Both the position numbers and the translations under genes were made by a program. Of a stretch of 64,000 nucleotides of DNA, positions 49,566 to 62,485 are shown piece after piece (the stretch's first letter is position 1; the number at the start of each line of letters is the position of its first letter). The stretch lies in contig NC_091979.1 in the NCBI RefSeq assembly GCF_044704955.1, forward strand, positions 304,296,001 through 304,360,000, read 5' to 3'. The notes beneath the pieces are model-generated. The model saw only the letters and a program-made list of their open reading frames with translations. It searched no databases and was not told the DNA's origin. The stretch is from Pristiophorus japonicus (taxonomy: Eukaryota).

Positions 49566-50643
49566 CAGGTCCAAAATCCGGAGTTCCAGAATCCAGAATG
49601 TTCCAGAATCCGGACACCGGGCCGATCCGCGGCGGGGTCGTCCGGAAACCGAAAAATGTTCCGATATCCGGACTTCCCCCGCCTCGGCGAACCGACCTCA
49701 CCCCGGCCCGACCTCGCTCCGGCACCCCTCCCTCCCCTTTACCTCGGCTGCCCGACTCCACCTACCTCGGGCCAGACAAGGAACTCCTCCACGTCGGGGG
49801 GGCCCCGCACGAACAACTCGGCGATGGCGAGGCCCCACCCGGCAACGTGAACAGCTCATCGATGAGCACCCCCCTCTCTTCTCCCCCCCCCCCCCACCGC
49901 TCCCCACGCCCCACTCCCCCCCACCACCACCGCTCCTCGTCGCCCCCCCGGCAACGCGAACAGCTCATCGATGAGCACCCCCCCTCTCTTCTCCCCCCCC
50001 CCCCCCCCCACTGCTCCCCACGCCACCGCTCCTCGCCCCCCCCCGGCAACGCGAACAGCTCATCGATGAGCACCCCCCCTCTCTTCTCCCCCCCCCCCCA
50101 CTGCTCCCCACGCCACCGCTCCTCGCCCCCCCCCCGGCAACGCGAACAGCTCATCGATGAGCACCCCCCCTCTCTTCTCCCCCCCCCCCCCCACTGCTCC
50201 CCACGCCACCGCTCCTCGCCCCCCCCCGGCAACGCGAACAGCTCATCGATGAGCACCCCCCCTCTCTTCTTCCCCCCCCCCCCCCACGCCCCACTCCCCC
50301 CCACCACCACCGCTCCTCGCCCCCCCCCCCAGCAACGCGAACAGCTCATCGATGAGCACCCCCCCTCTCTTCTCCCCCTCCCCCCCCACCGCTCCTCGCC
50401 CCCCCCCCCGGCAACGCGAACAGCTCATCGATGAGCACCCCCCCTCTCTCCCCTCCCCCCACCCCCACCCCTCCCCGCGCGGCCCCCCTCCCTCACTCGA
50501 CATTTCAAAATCCGGAAATACCCGAAACTGGGCTCGGGTGTTTCCGGATTCGTGATGTCAGAAAGACGTTCCAAAATCCGGCAAAACACAAAATCCGGAA
50601 CGGCCTCTGTCCCGAGGGTTCCGGATTCAGGACGCTGCACCTG
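49566..50643 (+). mobile_element. Tigger-like MITE (same family as 39653-40427) with internal ~60-bp C-rich minisatellite
   Basis: TA|CAGGT...ACCTG|TA; repeated GGCAACGCGAACAGCTCATCGATGAGCACCCCCC at 49840-50442. Confidence 0.8.
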
Positions 50644-51318
50644 TACAAGTTTAGTGTTTAGTGTGACGTGCACTCGGTTTCACACTGATGCTAAACTTGT
50701 GTAGTGTAAACTGGGTGTGAACTGACTGAAGCGAGTCGCATTCCACTTTGCTGCAGTGTCAGGTTATGCTGGATTCAGGCTGCATTTACAGTATATAGAA
50801 CTTAGCATACCAATGATACAGTTGCAGCATAAATGGTGAAATTATTCAGCAAAATAATTCCGGCTAGCTTTTGCCGCCTTTGGTCAATGTTTTGTTCAAG
50901 GTTCATTCACGAAACATTTTGTACCAGAAAAGAATTCAGCCTTTTGTTTTAAGATCAACTGTTTGATTCCAATAATGCATACAACCTGAAAATGATTTTT
51001 ATTTGCTCCTGATTTCAGGCCATTTCCCAAACAGCACAGCCTGACAATACAAGCAACCTCTTGTTTTCCAACCAAGCCAAACTCAATTTCTGGAGAATTC
51101 TATATGACAATCTATCAAGAAAAAAAACGATATTTCTTTTCAATTCCTTCACAGTTTAGTAATGTAAAAATGTAAACAGTCCTTGGATCTCAACATATTT
51201 TGGTTATCTTTAAAGTCTACGCAGTCCGCAGTTTAGAATGCCAAACTTTTACAATGTCCTCTGTTTTAACCACATTGCTGAGTTCAGATTATCTTACAAC
51301 GCGAGAGAAGGTACTTAC

Positions 51319-51570
51319 CAAACTCATCGCAGACGCTCTCGTTTTCAATCAAAGTTGGATGGTCAAAAGTGTTGCGGCAGTAAAGGATCCGGGTACTCTC
51401 GTTTAGTATCGCAATGCCACCCAACGCCATCACAAACTGGTCGACCAGCCAGGAGGACGACCGGTTCTGAATCCTCTTCAGCATGGAGCGATAGCGGCAG
51501 TACTGTGGGTAACTGAGGACAATGATTTTGGTGTCGTCGACGTCATCGCCATCTTCATCATCATCGGCGC
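51319..51570 (-). CDS. ARID5B: Internal coding exon of an ARID5B-like gene (N-terminal BAH-like region, equivalent of human exon 4)
   Basis: Acceptor TTTCTCCGCAG, donor G|GTAAGT, 252 bp, phase 1-1; encodes ADDDEDGDDVDDTKIIVLSYPQYCRYRSMLKRIQNRSSSWLVDQFVMALGGIAILNESTRILYCRNTFDHPTLIENESVCDEF, matching ARID5B IVLSYPQYCRYRSMLKRIQ...YCRDTFDHPTLIENES.CDEF as recalled; which ARID5 paralog is not certain. Confidence 0.9.
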
Positions 51571-51857
51571 CTGCGGAGAAACACGAGTGTTACACGTGCT
51601 GGCGGAGAATATTAATTGCACGGAATGGAACGTGGACCTGGCCTGTTGCCACGGACAATATGTGCCAGCTGCCTTAGCCTCGCATCCCTGTTTAATTCCT
51701 TTTCCATTTCAAATCACTGGGAAACAGGGTATCATCAGTAATATTAAATATTTGTTCCCATAATCTTCCTGATGTAGCAAGGGAAATATCACAATCCATT
51801 TATGACACGATGTAAGAAATAGGCTTGAAGGCTCATTAATATGAAACACTGAAACAC

Positions 51858-52010
51858 AAGATTTTTGAGCGATAAGGGAGTAAAGGGTTATGGGGAACAG
51901 GCAGGGAAGTGGAGCTCAGTCCACAATCAGATCAGCCATGATCTTATTGAATGGCAGAGCAGGCTCGAGGGGCCAAATGGCCTACTCCCGCTCCTATTTC
52001 TTATGTTCTT
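51858..52010 (+). mobile_element. CR1 3' end
   Basis: AAGGGTTATGGGGAACAGGCAGGGAAGTGG...TTCTTATGTTCTT. Confidence 0.8.
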
Positions 52011-54077
52011 AACCAGTTAAAAATTTACACATGAATATAATAATAAGCCACATGGTGAAGCTGCTGGGAAGGTGGAAGCTCACCCATTGTCTGTTTAAAT
52101 ATTTATTTGAAAGGATGTTCAGGCAAAAATACACATACATACCCTGTATAATTAATGCATAACAAACTTGTGTTTCAAAACAGGATTTTAAAAGTGCTTT
52201 GCTTTATACTGCGAGCTTGTGGCAAACTAGACAGGAAATAGCACAATAACGGCTATTGAGCTCATTATCCTGCACTAACTCAGGCTACAGATACCACACC
52301 TAGGTTAATGACATATGTGCAACAATTTATCTAGATTACAAAATATAATGGGCTGAACAGTACCTTGTATAGTTACTAGATTCACAGGCTTGCTGGATGT
52401 TCTAAATCCCTTAAGCACACTGACTAAGCATTAATATTGCTGTTCTATAATTCGAGGGACCATGGTTTCTTGCAAAAGCATCCTGGAAGGAAAAAAAAAA
52501 AAAATCGCTAGAGATTGAGCCTGGGAGAAGCCAACGTTTAAGGATTCTGCTCTAATTTTGGCCGCAAGATGTAATTTAGGACCTCCTCCTGTTTTGCTGG
52601 GTAAAGGCACATATGGTTTGAAGTTGTACAGACCAAGTCAAACTGCCGAGCCCTGGTCTATGATAAGTTAGATCATGTCAGCTGCGACACATTGGAGCAC
52701 TGCAATTCAAAGTCCCCGAGATACAGAGTGGAAAAATTGATCGAATCGCACTCCTCTTTGATTCCTTGTGATACATGTTGATGCTTTGCGAGAGTCTGTG
52801 GCTGTTGGGTAAAGTAGGGATAGAATTCGACAAGACCAGTTACTTTTGCACAATGAATATTTGTTCTTTGGTTGTGGGTAACACTGGCAATTGCCAATCC
52901 TTAGTTGCCCAGAGGCTGGAGCGGAGCTGACTTCTTCGAACTCCAGAGGGCATTAAGCGTCAAAAGCATGTAGTGTGGACTAGATTGTCATTTAGGCCAG
53001 ACTGAGGATAGTGGGTAGGTAGATCCCCTCCCTGAAGGGCACCAATAAACCAGTTGGTGTTTTGAACCCTTCAAATTGAACCTGTTGAGTTTTTTTGAAA
53101 ACTTATTTTATAAAAGCCATCACATTCTTTAAAGCCACACTAGGTCAATTTCATGAAGACATCCAAGTGTTGAATGTAGCTGGAGAGCTGCCAATGATCA
53201 GTTGATCTGCTACTTAATCTTTCAGATAATATGACGTCTCATAGAATCGTATAGCATAGAAGGAGGCCATTCGACCCATTATGCCTGAGCCGGCTTAAAC
53301 AAAAAAAGACTTGCATTTCTATAGTGCCTTTCACGATCTCAGGTCTTCCCAAAGTGCTTCACAGCTAATAACATACTTTTGAAGTTGTAACGTAGGATAC
53401 AGCAAGAAAAGAGAACTAGTACACAGGTACAATTTATGCTTTCAAGAGGGAGCTGGACAGGTTCTTGTCTGGGGCAGAGATCGCATCATAAAAAAGGCAG
53501 GTCAGTGTTCTCTCCTGGGCTGGTTTTGATCACCTGAGAGTCTTGGAGAGAAATTCTTCCAGAATATTTTTCTCCGTACTGGCCCTGTTTTTTCTCTCTC
53601 CCATGAGATTACATGGCTGCGAAGGGAAGGGGGCGGTGAGGAGGGAAGGAGGAAGTGTTTAGCCAGGAGGCTTCAGCCATCGTGATTGTGGAGCAGGCCT
53701 GATGGACCAGAGTGCCTTTTTTTGCCTGTCAATTTTGTATGTTCATCAAGACTGGTAGTTGACTTGTCTATTAACTGGGCCTAGTATAAGGAAGTATCTC
53801 GTTCTGTTCATCAGCACAAAGTGGATTTTTCTTGGAAAATTTGATCCTGATTTTGACAATTTTCCCCTCAATCAGCCAACGTTACTTTCAGCTTTCGTGA
53901 GGTTTTGATGGGCAGTGTATGTAATTCCATTCTGCCGTCTAGTGCAGTTCGTTCATTTATCTGTTCCACATACAGTTGAACTGAAAAGTCACGTGGTGGA
54001 TGCATTTGGTATTTACCAGGACAAAGACAAACATTTTGTTCCTGCAGCACAGATTTAATTTCAACCCCACCCTGAAT

Positions 54078-55518
54078 TAAGAACTTAAGAAAATAAGAAA
54101 TAGGAACAGGAGTAGGCCATATGGCCCCTCGAGCCTGCTCTGCCATTCAATACGATCATGGCTGATCCGATCATGGATTCAGTTCCACTTCCCTGCCCAC
54201 TCCCCATAACCCCTTATCGTTTAAGAAACTGTCTATTTCTGTCTTAAATTTATTCAATGTCCCAGCTTCCACAGCTCGTTGAGGCAGCAAATTCCACCGA
54301 TTTACAACCCTCAGAGAAGAAATTTCTCCTCATCTCTGTTTTAAATGGGCGGCCCCTTATTCTAAGATCATGCCCTCTAGTTCTAGTCTCCCCCATCAGT
54401 GGAAACATCCTCTCTGCATCCACCTTGTCAAGCCCCCTCATAATCTTGTACGTTTCGATAAGATCACCTCTCATTCTTCTGAATTCCAATGAGTAGAGGC
54501 CCAACCTACTCAACCTTTCCTCATATGTCAATCCCCTCATCCCCAGAATCAACCTTGTGAACCTTCTCTGAACTGCTTCCAAAGTATACCCTTTCGTAAA
54601 TATGGAAACCAAAACTGCATGCAGTATTCCAGGTGTGGCCTCACCAATACCTTGTATAGCTGTAGCAAGACTTACCTGCTTTTATACTCCATCTCCTTTG
54701 CAATAAAGGCCAAGATACCATTGGTCTTCCTGATCATTTGCTGTACCTGCATACTATCCTTTTGTGTTTCATGCCCAAGTACCCCCAGGTCCCGCTGTAC
54801 TGCAGCACTTTGCAATCTTTCTCCATTTAAATAATTATTTGCTCTTTGATTTTTTTCTGCCAAAGTGCATGACCTCACACTTCCCAACATTTTACTCCAT
54901 CTGCCAAATTTTTGCCCACTCACTTAGCCTGTCTATGTCCTTTTGCAGATTTTTTTTGTCCTCCTCCCACATTGCTTTTCCTCCCATCTTTGTATCGTCA
55001 GCAAACTTGGCTACGTTACACTCAGTCCCTTCTTCCAAGTCGTTAACCTGTGGAATTCCCTGCCGCAGAGAGTTGTTGATGCCAGTTCACTGGATATATT
55101 CAAGAGGGAGTTAGATATGGCTCTTACGGTTAAGGGGATCAAGGGGTATGGAGGGAAAGCAGGAAAGGGGTACTGAAGGAATGATGAGCCATGATCTTAT
55201 TGAATGGCGGTGCAGGCTCGAAGGTCCGAATGGCCTACTCCTGCACCTATTTTCTATGTTTCTATGTTAATATAGATTGTAAATAGTTGGGGTCCCAGCA
55301 CTAATTCCTGCGGCACCCCACTGGTTGCCAACCCGAGAATGAACCATTTATCCAGACTCTCTGTTCGTTAGCCAATCCTCTATCCATGCTAATATATTAC
55401 CCCGAACCCCATGAACTTTTATCTTGTGCAGTAACCTTGTCAAATGCCTTCTGGAAGTCCAAATATACCACATCCACTGGTTCCCCTTTATCCACCCTGT
55501 TTGTTACATCCTCAAAGA
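54078..55518 (-). mobile_element. CR1 LINE fragment with nested CR1
   Basis: Reverse-complement homolog of 5683-6819; RT motifs. Confidence 0.9.
55047..55265 (+). mobile_element. Short CR1 3' end inserted antisense into a CR1
   Basis: NLWNSLPQRVV...KGYGGKAGKGY; TTTCTATG tail; GTTAA duplicated at 55042 and 55266. Confidence 0.85.
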
Positions 55519-55881
55519 TGTAAACCGATATATCCCTTTCTTTAAATGGATAGCTGTGAAGCATACAGTACTTTGTACTTCTGAAGGCAACTCCTTAAAT
55601 AAACGTTGTTTTTTTTCCAGTGTGCAATTGCTACTTTCTTACAATACCAAGAAAACATCCCAAATGAGTTAGGCCCACACAGCATGCTTGCGGAGGTTCG
55701 TGGAATTGGCTCCGCATTCAAAGAGCTCAGAAATTAATTTGAACAATTAGACACAAATTACGACATATACCCCGATGACTCAAACATGCTTCCTTCGTAA
55801 ATAAGCACAGCTGGGTCAAAGAGGACACAAATGTGGCTTCTGCTGGTAGGGCAGGGATGGGGGGGGCGGGGGGGGGGGGTC

Positions 55882-56170
55882 CAGGACAAGGGGAGCACAA
55901 CCTTAACATTAGAGCTGGGCCATTCAGGGGTGATGTCAGGAAGCACTTCTTCACACAATGGCTTGAGGACATCTGGAATTCTCGTCCCCCAAAAAGCTAT
56001 TGAGGCTGGGGGTCAATTAAAACTTTCAAGGCTGATTATTAGGTAAAAGTACTGAGGGATATGGAGTAAAGGCGATAAATGGAGCTGAGGTACAGATTAG
56101 CCATGATATAATTGAATGAGGGAACAGGCTAGAGGGGCTGAATGGCCTCCTACTGTTCCTTATGTTCCTA
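55882..56170 (+). mobile_element. CR1 3' fragment
   Basis: Degenerate TRGH/WNS region and CCTTATGTTCCTA tail. Confidence 0.7.
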
Positions 56171-56432
56171 AATGTAAAACGCTCAAGTCAAATTGTATTA
56201 TTCCCAGCCTTGCGAGAATCAGTGTGTTTTTTTTTGAAGGATCATTTGAACAAGAACCGAGTCCAGATAACAATCAGGAAGGGACTGTTTCTACCGAGTT
56301 CAAGTGCATCTCGACTTTAGAGGAGCGTCACAGGGTTGCAATTGCTTCTTTGTCTCTTTTGCTCCGGAGCGACAGTGTAAGTGCAGCCTGGATCGGGAGT
56401 CGGGGCCCGAACTGACACCGGAGTGAGACTCA

Positions 56433-56798
56433 AAAGAAATGAAAGAAGGAGTGGCCACCTGGCCCCACGAGCCTGCTCCGCCATTTAATAAGATCATGGC
56501 TGCTCTGACCTTGGGCTCAGCTCCACTTACCTGCCCGTTCCCCCATAACCCTATACTTTCTTATCATTCAAAAATCTGTCTATCTCTGCCTTAAATATAT
56601 TCAATGACCCAGCCTCCACAGCTCTCTGGGGCAGAGAATTCCAAAGATTTACAACCCTCAGAGAAGAAATTCCTCCCCATCTGAGTTTTAAATGGACGAC
56701 CCCTTATTCTGAAACTATGTCCCCTAGTTCTAGATGCCCCCACGAGTGGAAACATCCTCTCTGCATCTACCTTGTTGAGCCCCCTCAGTATCTGATAT
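56433..56798 (-). mobile_element. CR1 3' fragment
   Basis: Reverse-complement CR1 tail and C-terminal coding region. Confidence 0.8.
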
Positions 56799-57938
56799 GC
56801 ATTGCAGGCCTTTCTCTATTTGGTGAGCAGGTACCAACAAGTGAAATGCAACTGTGACAGGAGGTTCTTAACCGGGTTGCATTGATACGACAGCGGAGAA
56901 TTTCAACAAAGCCTACTCAGGCGGGAAACTGACAGGATGGGGCCAGCCGTCCGTTTTACACCCTGCCCCATTTTACCGTCCAATCCCATCATGTCAGTTT
57001 CCCACGGGCGCTGATTAAGGTTAGAATGACCCACGGCTATATAACGAACAGAACTTGGCATTCCCCCAGATGGACAGTGATGCTCCAATTACTGCCCATT
57101 CGTTGCCTTGAGAGTAGAGCACTTTTGATAACCTTGAATAAAAATGTGTTGAATAAAATGGACTGAGTATCATATCGTTGCATTTGTACAATACAGTCAG
57201 TCAACATGCAGAGGACAAAAGAACTGGCAAAATTGATCTTTTAGTTCCTCCACTAGTAACAATGAACTATTTGAAGATTAAGTAGCAACGTTATGATCAT
57301 GGCGATATTTGTGCAAAACTGGAACAAATTAATTTCTACTACTGCTTAATGATTCCCACCATTCCAATCCGCCATATTTAGATACAGCATTACAACCGCA
57401 ACTAGCATTTTAATAGCACCTTTAATGTAGTAAAAGGTCTCAAGGTGCTTTATAGGAGCATTATCAAACAAAGATTGACACCGAGCCAAAGAAGCAGGTT
57501 TTAGGACAGATGACCAATGATCATCATCGTCATTAGTTCAATTAACATTTCTGACTATGGACTGGATTGGCTGACAGAGAGCAGAGTGGGAGGTTTTTAC
57601 AGGTGCAACAGTGTATAACTCGTGCTGCCATATAAAACTTTAATATAGTTATTGAAGTAAAATGAGGGCTTTAAATCATTTTTTGGGCAAACTCAATCAT
57701 AATCTAATACATTGGAAGGATGCCAGTTCTAAAACCTTGCGTCTGTTAGCTGAACTGCCTAATTTTCAGCAATCTACGGTGTTTTGATATTTTCTAAGGG
57801 GACATTTACACTACAAATTATCAGTCAAGCCAGCTTTCGTTTCATGTCGACATTAAACTTGCTGTGAGAGTGTGGAGCCGGGGCCCAACCTGGTCCTGGG
57901 GTGAGCCACAGTAATAATCTCAGGCGCAGGGAGTCTTG

Positions 57939-58092
57939 TCATCATCATCATAGCAGTCCCTCGGAATCGAGGAAGACTTGCTTCTATTCTTAAAATGAGT
58001 CCTTAGGTGGCTGAACAGTCCAATACGAGAACCGCAGTCCCTGTCACAGGTGGAACAGATAGTCGTTGAGGGAAAGGGAGGGTGGGACTGGG
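57939..58092 (-). mobile_element. RTE 3' end
   Basis: CSTCDRDCGSRIGLFSHLRTH zinc-finger-like end; (GAT)n tail. Confidence 0.85.
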
Positions 58093-58103
58093 AGTTTTGC
58101 AAA

Positions 58104-58541
58104 GAGAAGAACGAACTTGCATTTATATCGCATCTTTCATAACCTCATGTCGTCCCAAAGCACTTGAAGTACTTTTGAAGTGTAGTCACTGTTGTAATGC
58201 AGGAAATGCAGCAGCCTATTTGTGCACAGCAAGCTCCCACAAACTGCAATGACATAAACGACCAGATAATCTGCATTATTTGTTGAGGGTTGAATGTTGG
58301 ATAGGACACCGGGGATAACTTTTTTGCTCTTCTTGGGAATGGTGCCATGGGATCTTTTACCTCCACCCGAGAGCACAGACAGTAACATCTCATTGGAAAG
58401 ACGGCACCTCCGACAGTGCAGCACTCCCTCAGTTCTGCCCTGGAATGTCAGCCTAGATCTTGTGCTCAAGTCTCTGGAGTGGGACTTGAATCCACAACCT
58501 TCCGCCTCAGAGGCGAGAGTGCAACCCACTGAACCAAGGCC
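58104..58541 (-). mobile_element. DeuSINE copy, full length
   Basis: Reverse complement of the 15044-15447 family with A and B boxes. Confidence 0.85.
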
Positions 58542-58892
58542 GACACCTTGTATCATTCAAGTTTGAAATCACACCGCGTGTGAATTCAGGGTGGAGTCAA
58601 ACCCGCTTTGCAAAGTGATCCCTGGAATCTCCTGGGAACTGTTTGAAATTAATTTAAATATTTAGTGACCCGTAATTCCCCTTGCCCCGCGCTCTCGACA
58701 TTTGAATTTGTTGAAAGGCAGTGTGCGCGTCTGGATATGGTTTAACTGAAACCCAAACTGCAGCCAGCGGATTCTGCACTGTAAAATGCTTCCGAAAAGC
58801 ACACCGACAGAAACTGCTGCTGATCACATCATCAGGTGTCAATATAATGAACCAGATAAGACAGCTAATTCGAGGTATGATGCTTCTTACTG

Positions 58893-59480
58893 CAGTTGTA
58901 CAAGGCCTTGATGAGGCCACACCTTGAATATTGTGTTGAGTTTTGGTCTCCTAATCTGAGGAAGGACATTCTTGCTATTGAGGGAGTGCAGCGAAGGTTC
59001 ACCAGACTGATTCCCGGGATGGCAGGACTGATATATGAGGAGAGACTGGATCGACTAGGCTTATATTCACTGGAATTTAGAAGAATGAGAGGGGGTCTCA
59101 TAGAAGCATATAAAATTCTGACGGGATTGGACAGGTTAGATGCAGGAAGAATGTTCCCGATGTTGGGGAAGTCCAGAACCAGGGGTCACAGTCTAAGGAT
59201 AAGGGGTAAGCCATTTAGGACTGAGATGAGGAGAAACTTCTTCACCCAGAGAGTGGTGAACCTGTGGAATTCTCTACCACAGAAAGTTGTTGAGACCAGT
59301 TCATTAGATATATTCAAAAGAGAGTTAGATGTGGCCCTTACAGTTAAAGGGATCAAGGGGCATGGAGAGAAAGCAGGAATGGGATACTGAAGTTGAATGA
59401 TCAGCCATGATCATATTGAATGGTGGTGCAGGCTCGAAGGGCCGAATGGCCTACTTCTGCACCGATTTTCTATGTTTCTA
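58893..59480 (+). mobile_element. CR1 LINE 3' fragment
   Basis: YKALMRPHLEYC...KGHGEKAGMGY; TTTCTATG tail; close relative of 10068-10652. Confidence 0.92.
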
Positions 59481-59579
59481 TATAAGAAACAGTTTTGCTT
59501 CCTTGACCAAGCCTATCTCCTCATAAATGCACCACAAATTCCAAAATATTTTGTGCAAATCAGACTTTGCTAAAGATTA

Positions 59580-60331
59580 TGGGCTAGAAATTCAATGCAT
59601 TTGCTTCCCCCATTAGCGCCCCCGGGGCACAAATGAGTTACCGACCGGGCGCGGTGCTATTACAACTCCCGCCATATTGGGCAGGTGTTTAGCGGCGGCG
59701 CTACAGCTTTGTGCGCCGATCTCCTGTGCCCGGAAATCAATGACGTCAACGCCGCGCACCGTCCAATCAGTGCCCCAGCCCCGAAACTCACTTTCACCCC
59801 CAGCAGCAGCAGCGGCGCTGGGTGAAAACACCGGCAGCTGCAGGAGGCGCGGGCGGGTCAGCCTGCTGGCCGCGACCGGAACAAAAATGAAAGGCGAGGT
59901 GGTCAGTGGAAAATGTTTTTAAAAATGAACTTACCTTGCTGTTTCGCGGTGCTGCGGAGTTTTCTTCGCGGGATCCTGGTCGCGATCGCTCAAGCCCGAC
60001 ACTCTGCTGGTCTGATCGAGCAGCACCCCGCTCCGTGGTTGTCCAGGTAGGTCGGTCCCGTTTTAATTTGCAGAGTCAGCAGCCTGGGTCCTTCCCTTTA
60101 AGGGAGGAAAGGGCCCCTGGGACGCGGCAGTGCTGCATGGCCCAGTGTGCAGCGCTGTTGAGGCATCCGCTCTTTTAGCGCCCCAAGAAGGACGTGGTGC
60201 ACCTGATTTAGCTCCACTTCCTTCCGGGAGTGGTAACCCGAATCTTTGGAGAGGGGTGAAACTTCTGTGTCAGGCGCCAAGTCTCGCACCTCCCAATTGT
60301 TGTCGCCCCCAAATGGGGTGATTATGTCCTC
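59580..60331. mobile_element. Probable Harbinger-type MITE (CpG-rich)
   Basis: Begins TTA|TGGGCTAGAAATT; GC-rich body with TAGCGCCCC motifs; right TIR degenerate. Confidence 0.5.
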
Positions 60332-61746
60332 TAAAGTACCCATCAGCCTCAATTATCCAATTGCAGTCAATTTAAGACTGGCAGCAAGTAATAAAATTAA
60401 ATGGATTGGCCATTAAAACGACGGCAATCAAAAGATTTACGCTCACCTGCATGATTTATCTGCCTGCGCACTTCTACGGCAAAAATTCCAAAATCAGCAA
60501 GAGGCTGAAATTGGTCTTTAGACAGCAGCGCTTTACACACACCCGATAACAGGGCGATAGTGGATCGGTAGCTCTCCACACCCATTGTGCGCTAAAGACA
60601 GAGAGCAATTTCACCTGCACTGTATCTATCCGCACAAAAACGCAAATTCAATTAAAACCAGAAGCGTTAAACGGGTGATTCGCTTCCACAGAAATCAGGA
60701 ACAAATTAGGAGTGTCACCACTTACCTGTTCACTCAAAATTGCATTCCCATCAGCAGTAAATACCTTGTGTACTTTACGACTTATTCAAGGGTTAACTCC
60801 GGCAGGCACAATAGCACGATTCCATCATCAACCCTGTGTGCTCATAAAACTTTTTTTTTTTTTTAAAAAGTTGATTAAAATAAATAGAATTTGTTTTTGG
60901 CAGATGGCCACTCCATGAATGTTTGAACTGCAGCAGATTCTGCATGTTCACTGACAACACCCTCTGCCAAAACAAAATCCTCCTGACCTCACGAGCAGCT
61001 CCTCAATAGCTCTAGAAACAATTGCTCGTAGTACGAGCGGACAAGCAATGTGCTCGCTTAAAATTCCCCTTCGCGCTGTTTCAATGCTAGACCGTCTATT
61101 CCGCCCCGTTTTGAATCAGCAGATGGAAGAATATCCTAATGCGGCAAACACTAGTTTCGAGGTTAATAAGTGCAATAAAGGATGTGACGGAGCAATCCCA
61201 GTGACAATAACCTCATCTCAAGCTACGGGTGACAATAACCAGCCAGGATTTGCTCATGTGCTGTCGCTTCACGAGAACCTGTCGAAGAGATTTTTTTTTT
61301 ATAATCACGCCCATTGTTCCCCGTAACATCTATTGGTCTGGTGTGGCCATAAGTAGAACATGTCTATCAGATATAGAATTCAATAGCTCAGTGAAAAGAT
61401 TGAACCATGTCCCCCTTCTCATCCCCATCTGTTCAAAACTCTGTTATTTTGTTCTTGGGATGTTGGCCACATTTATCCCTAGTTGCCTATTCATTTTTGT
61501 CCTTTCCATTCCTACAGAAGACTGGGAGCTACTGAGCTCAACTAAAATACAGGCCTCGGTCTTGCAATATCGTGGTGTAGCACCTACCATTATGCTGCGT
61601 TCTTCATGAGGGAACCCTACTGCTTGCAGCCCCCTTGCATCCCCATCATTCTGCAGGCAGCGAAGTTATTTGGTCCTTTGCTCGGCTGGGATCCGCTTAT
61701 CTTCACACTAAGCTCTCCCACTCCTATCCCCTTTAAATGTCCATTT

Positions 61747-61959
61747 TGTTACATATGTAAACCTGTAAATACCTTGTTTAACCACCAGAGGGCTCATCCC
61801 CTGGAGTCCCAAGGGATCCCACAATCCCTTGGGAGCACCTGTACATAAAGAGGCCTCACAGGCTGGAGAGGCACTCTGGAGACCTGTAATTAAGGACTAC
61901 GGTCACACATTACTTTGAGCGTACAGTATCTGGTCAGATTCTTTTTTCAAGACATAACA
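61747..61959 (+). mobile_element. Solo LTR
   Basis: TGTTA...TAACA ends, TSD CATTT/CATTC; distant similarity to the other two LTRs (CCACCAGAGGG, AAGGAC..GGTCAC). Confidence 0.7.
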
Positions 61960-62485
61960 CATTCTCCTTAGATCATTTGCAACCATCGTAAGATTACCCT
62001 AGGCGTTCATTCACTCCCCGCCCTGCCCAACCCCCACCACGATGTTTGATATTGCAATTTATTTCAGCAATTCCCTAGTTGCCATTTCCTCAATATGGGA
62101 CCAGAGGTCCAAATTTGCATCAGAAACATTGATCCAGCTCCTCGTCACTCCTGAGTCATGGATCAGCATGTTCACCTGAAATTTATATGTTCATTTATAC
62201 TTGGAAGTGCAGTAGAAATTTACCTATTTAGCTAACAGTTAGAAATGCAACTCATTTTCCACTGTGTTAGTGTCAAGTCAAACAAAAATATTAGCCGACA
62301 TGTGTGGAATAAATCAATGGGCAGTAAACTGACATGTACTACTGTAAATGTTAACTGCTGAATTAATTATATAGTAAGTTACATATAAAATGATACAGCA
62401 CAGAAGCAGCCATTCAGGCCATTGTGCCTGTGCCAGCTCTTTGGTAGAGCTACCCAATTAGTCCCACTCCCTGTTCTTTCCCCAT

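Noticed and set aside
60721-60860. Upstream ARID5 exon suggested by a strong CAG|GTAAGT donor
   Set aside because: Stops in all three frames and no ARID5 similarity
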